Assembly: GCA_002352605.1 (NCBI GenBank)
Contig: DEIP01000005.1
Location: 1-61,726, forward strand
Length of the DNA stretch: 61,726 nucleotides
Source: Desulfobacteraceae bacterium UBA2771
GTDB taxonomy: Bacteria; Desulfobacterota; Desulfobacteria; Desulfobacterales; Desulfosarcinaceae
Reading direction: 5' to 3'
Positions 59,452 through 61,726 of the stretch are shown piece by piece (position 1 is the stretch's first letter; every line of letters begins with the position of its first letter). The translations under genes were made by a program, and so were the position numbers. Below the pieces are notes generated by a model. The model saw nothing but the letters and a program-made list of their open reading frames with translations. It did no database searches and was not told the origin of the DNA.

Positions 59452-60047
59452 ATCTGGAGGCAAAAGCATACGTATACCCCCCGAGCCGGAAGCGTGGGGG
59501 TTCAGACACGGAAACGTTTAGCAGAACCATGAATCCAAAGCGCACAGACCATCCGAAAAAGCCTCCTGTGTTCACGGGCCCCAGGGAACGACTCAGCCAG
59601 ATGCTGGTTCGCATGCACGCGCTTGAGGGCTCCCCCCACTATATTGCCCTGGGCACGGCCGTGGGCATCTTCGTGTCCATTACCCCCATCATTCCCCTGC
59701 AGACCGTGGTTGCCATTGCCCTGGCCTTTCTGGTTCGGGGGAGCAAATCGGCGGCGGTCCTGGGCACATGGTTGAGTAACCCGCTGACCATTCCAGTGGT
59801 CTATTATGCCAATTATAAACTGGGGTGCACCCTGATGGGGGTTCAGAAAACTTTAGACGGCATCGCCGTTGGTTCTTTTTCCGAACTGATGGAATTGGGA
59901 CTGGAGGTCACCTGGGCCATGATTGTCGGCGGTGTGGTCATCGGGGCAATTCTGGGCCTGGTGGCTTATTTTGTAACCTTCCGAATATTCATCATCATCC
60001 GGCGACGGGCACGGCAGGTCGATACCGATTCAGGGCCAAGGCCATGA
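59448..60047 (+). CDS. DUF2062 domain membrane protein
   Basis: SPHYIALGTAVGIF..P, WLSNPLT; start at 59448 (ATGA overlap with smpB) or 59529. Confidence 0.8.
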   Translation: MNLEAKAYVYPPSRKRGGSDTETFSRTMNPKRTDHPKKPPVFTGPRERLSQMLVRMHALEGSPHYIALGTAVGIFVSITPIIPLQTVVAIALAFLVRGSKSAAVLGTWLSNPLTIPVVYYANYKLGCTLMGVQKTLDGIAVGSFSELMELGLEVTWAMIVGGVVIGAILGLVAYFVTFRIFIIIRRRARQVDTDSGPRP

Positions 60048-60910
60048 CGTCGCCGCGGGCCCTGCTGACCGCCTGGAACACCCAGGCCAAAAAGCGGCTG
60101 GGACAGAATTTTCTCAACGACCCCAATGTGGCCCGGGCCATCGTGAACCATGCCGGCATTGGCGGCGACGATATGGTCCTGGAGATCGGCGCCGGTCTGG
60201 GGGCCATTACCGTTCCTGCGGCAAAAATCGCCCACCGGGTAATTGCGGTTGAAAAGGACGGGCGGATCATCGGCTTGCTCAGGGCCGAACTGCTGGCCGC
60301 CGGCATCGATAATGTCGAGATCCGGGAAGCGGATATTCTGCGGATGGACCTGAAAGCGGTCTCCCGTGAGGCCGGCCGGTCGCTGGTGGTTATGGGTAAC
60401 CTGCCCTACAATATTTCGTCCCAGGTCATCGTCCAATTGATCCATGCCGGAAGCCGGATCGACCGGGCGGTGCTCATGCTCCAGAAAGAGATGGCCCAGC
60501 GCATCTGTGCCGGTCCCGGATCCAAGGACTACGGCCGGCTCTCCGTCATGCTGGGGTATTGTGCGGACACACGGATGCTGATGCAGGTGCGGGCGCCCCG
60601 GTTTTTCCCGGCGCCCAGGGTGGATTCCACGGTGGTGGGTATCCGTTTTGCCGACCCGCCGCCTTTCGCGGCCGATGACGAAGCGCTTCTGTTTCAGGTT
60701 GTCAAGGCGGCATTCGGCAAGCGGCGCAAAACGTTGAGAAACGCACTGTCCCATAGCGATCTGAATCTTGAACCATCCACCTGTGAACGACTTCTGGCAG
60801 CGGCACAGATCGATTCCATGCGGCGGGCGGAAAGTCTTTCCGTGTCGGCATTCGTCAGGTTGAGCAACACGATCGGTGCCTATCGAAAGACACTTTTTAC
60901 CGTCGGGTGA
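60044..60910 (+). CDS. rsmA: 16S rRNA A1518/A1519 dimethyltransferase
   Basis: KKRLGQNFL, LEIGAGLG, GNLPYNISS, MLQKE, F.P.P.VDS, RKTLRNAL. Confidence 0.95.
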   Translation: MTSPRALLTAWNTQAKKRLGQNFLNDPNVARAIVNHAGIGGDDMVLEIGAGLGAITVPAAKIAHRVIAVEKDGRIIGLLRAELLAAGIDNVEIREADILRMDLKAVSREAGRSLVVMGNLPYNISSQVIVQLIHAGSRIDRAVLMLQKEMAQRICAGPGSKDYGRLSVMLGYCADTRMLMQVRAPRFFPAPRVDSTVVGIRFADPPPFAADDEALLFQVVKAAFGKRRKTLRNALSHSDLNLEPSTCERLLAAAQIDSMRRAESLSVSAFVRLSNTIGAYRKTLFTVG

Positions 60911-61033
60911 CATGCGAAGACACCATATCCTTCGGGTTGACGACCGACCGATCTATCCTCTCCGGTATCTGAGGCTCGTGAACGATTATCAATCGACGAC
61001 AATTGATTTCGTCCCCAACCCGCCTGTTATTTC

Positions 61034-61726
61034 CTATGGGTCGGGGCGGACTTCGATGGTATGGACAACGATGGCTCCCTGCCGGATCCGCCAGCGTATG
61101 TTCACGTTATACAACCGAATGCCGAAATCCGTTCTGGCGGGCTGCCGGTTAATATAGGCGGGCCTTGGATCGGCACTGAGCACCTGCTTGAGCAGATCGA
61201 CAAAACCGGGATGGTCGTTTTCCAACAGCGTACAGACCTGTCGTGCCCGGTCAGTAAATCCAACGGACAGCGATGGACGGGGTGGACCGGCCGCAAACCC
61301 GCCAACCGCCTCCGGAATGATGTCTGCGTAGGGCAGGTAAGGCTTGATGTCCAGTACGGGGGTTCGATCCAAAAGGTCGATGCCCGACAATTCCAGGAGC
61401 AACTTGCCCTGGTGTCGGCGCATGCCTTCCAACACCACGGCGGACATGCCGATGGGATTGGGCCTGAATCCGGACCGGGTGGCAAAGACGCCGGTTCGCC
61501 GGTTGCCCCCCATTCGGGGCGGACGAACCGTGGGTCGCCATTTCCCTTTTGGGATACCGTGGAAGACGAAAACAAGCCAGAGGTGGGAGAAGGCGTCGAG
61601 GCCCTCGAATGCCTCATCTTGATCATAGGGCGACAGGATTTCCAGCGTGGCGCAAGCGGCGGTTACCAGTCGCGGCTGCCGGGGGATGCCGAATTTTTCT
61701 GTAAAGCACGAGCGGACGATACCGAT
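61034..61726 (-). CDS. trmO: tRNA t6A37 N6-methyltransferase TrmO, 5'-partial
   Basis: Frame open to the window end: EKFGIPRQP, FSHLWLVFVFH, TVRPPR.GGN..GVFATRS..RPNPIG, TPVLDIKPY. Confidence 0.92.
   Translation of the reverse strand: MGIVRSCFTEKFGIPRQPRLVTAACATLEILSPYDQDEAFEGLDAFSHLWLVFVFHGIPKGKWRPTVRPPRMGGNRRTGVFATRSGFRPNPIGMSAVVLEGMRRHQGKLLLELSGIDLLDRTPVLDIKPYLPYADIIPEAVGGFAAGPPRPSLSVGFTDRARQVCTLLENDHPGFVDLLKQVLSADPRPAYINRQPARTDFGIRLYNVNIRWRIRQGAIVVHTIEVRPDP

Noticed and set aside
59476-59501. CCCCC..GGGGG hairpin as an IS200/IS605 end; similarly CACCCC-GGT-GGGGTG near 37898-37912
   Set aside because: Too short and degenerate; no tnpA/tnpB nearby.

Overview
GC-rich chromosomal segment, most likely from a sulfate-reducing Desulfobacterales bacterium (Desulfosarcina-like; inferred from gene content and repeat types). 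In order: a partial MFS gene; a glycogen cluster (fused GH13+GH133 debranching enzyme, stand-alone CBM48, glgP, glgA, eukaryote-type branching enzyme) and murB; a ferredoxin:thioredoxin reductase/glutaredoxin pair; a decayed cooS remnant; a minus-strand cluster (FmdE, MoCF-domain protein, DUF364, siroheme/Fe-S Dsr-like protein, Cys-rich PAS sigma54 activator) divergent from a NapC/NirT + octaheme epsilon-Hao-like + ResB/CcsA + AhbA cluster; zraP/zraS/zraR; a MITE in the leader of a sigma28-driven Hpt gene; housekeeping genes; tRNA-Glu(CTC) followed by an island remnant carrying a sigma54 promoter, a c-di-GMP-I riboswitch and a surface protein; a Liv-type ABC/acyl-CoA ligase operon with a GAF-PAS-LuxR regulator; and ptsH-ptsI-smpB-DUF2062-rsmA plus partial trmO. 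The best hidden feature is a 75-aa glutaredoxin-like gene (56419-56646, minus) missed by the ORF track because it has two in-frame UGA codons, each followed by a SECIS-like hairpin. All calls come from reading motifs by eye; no searches were run.
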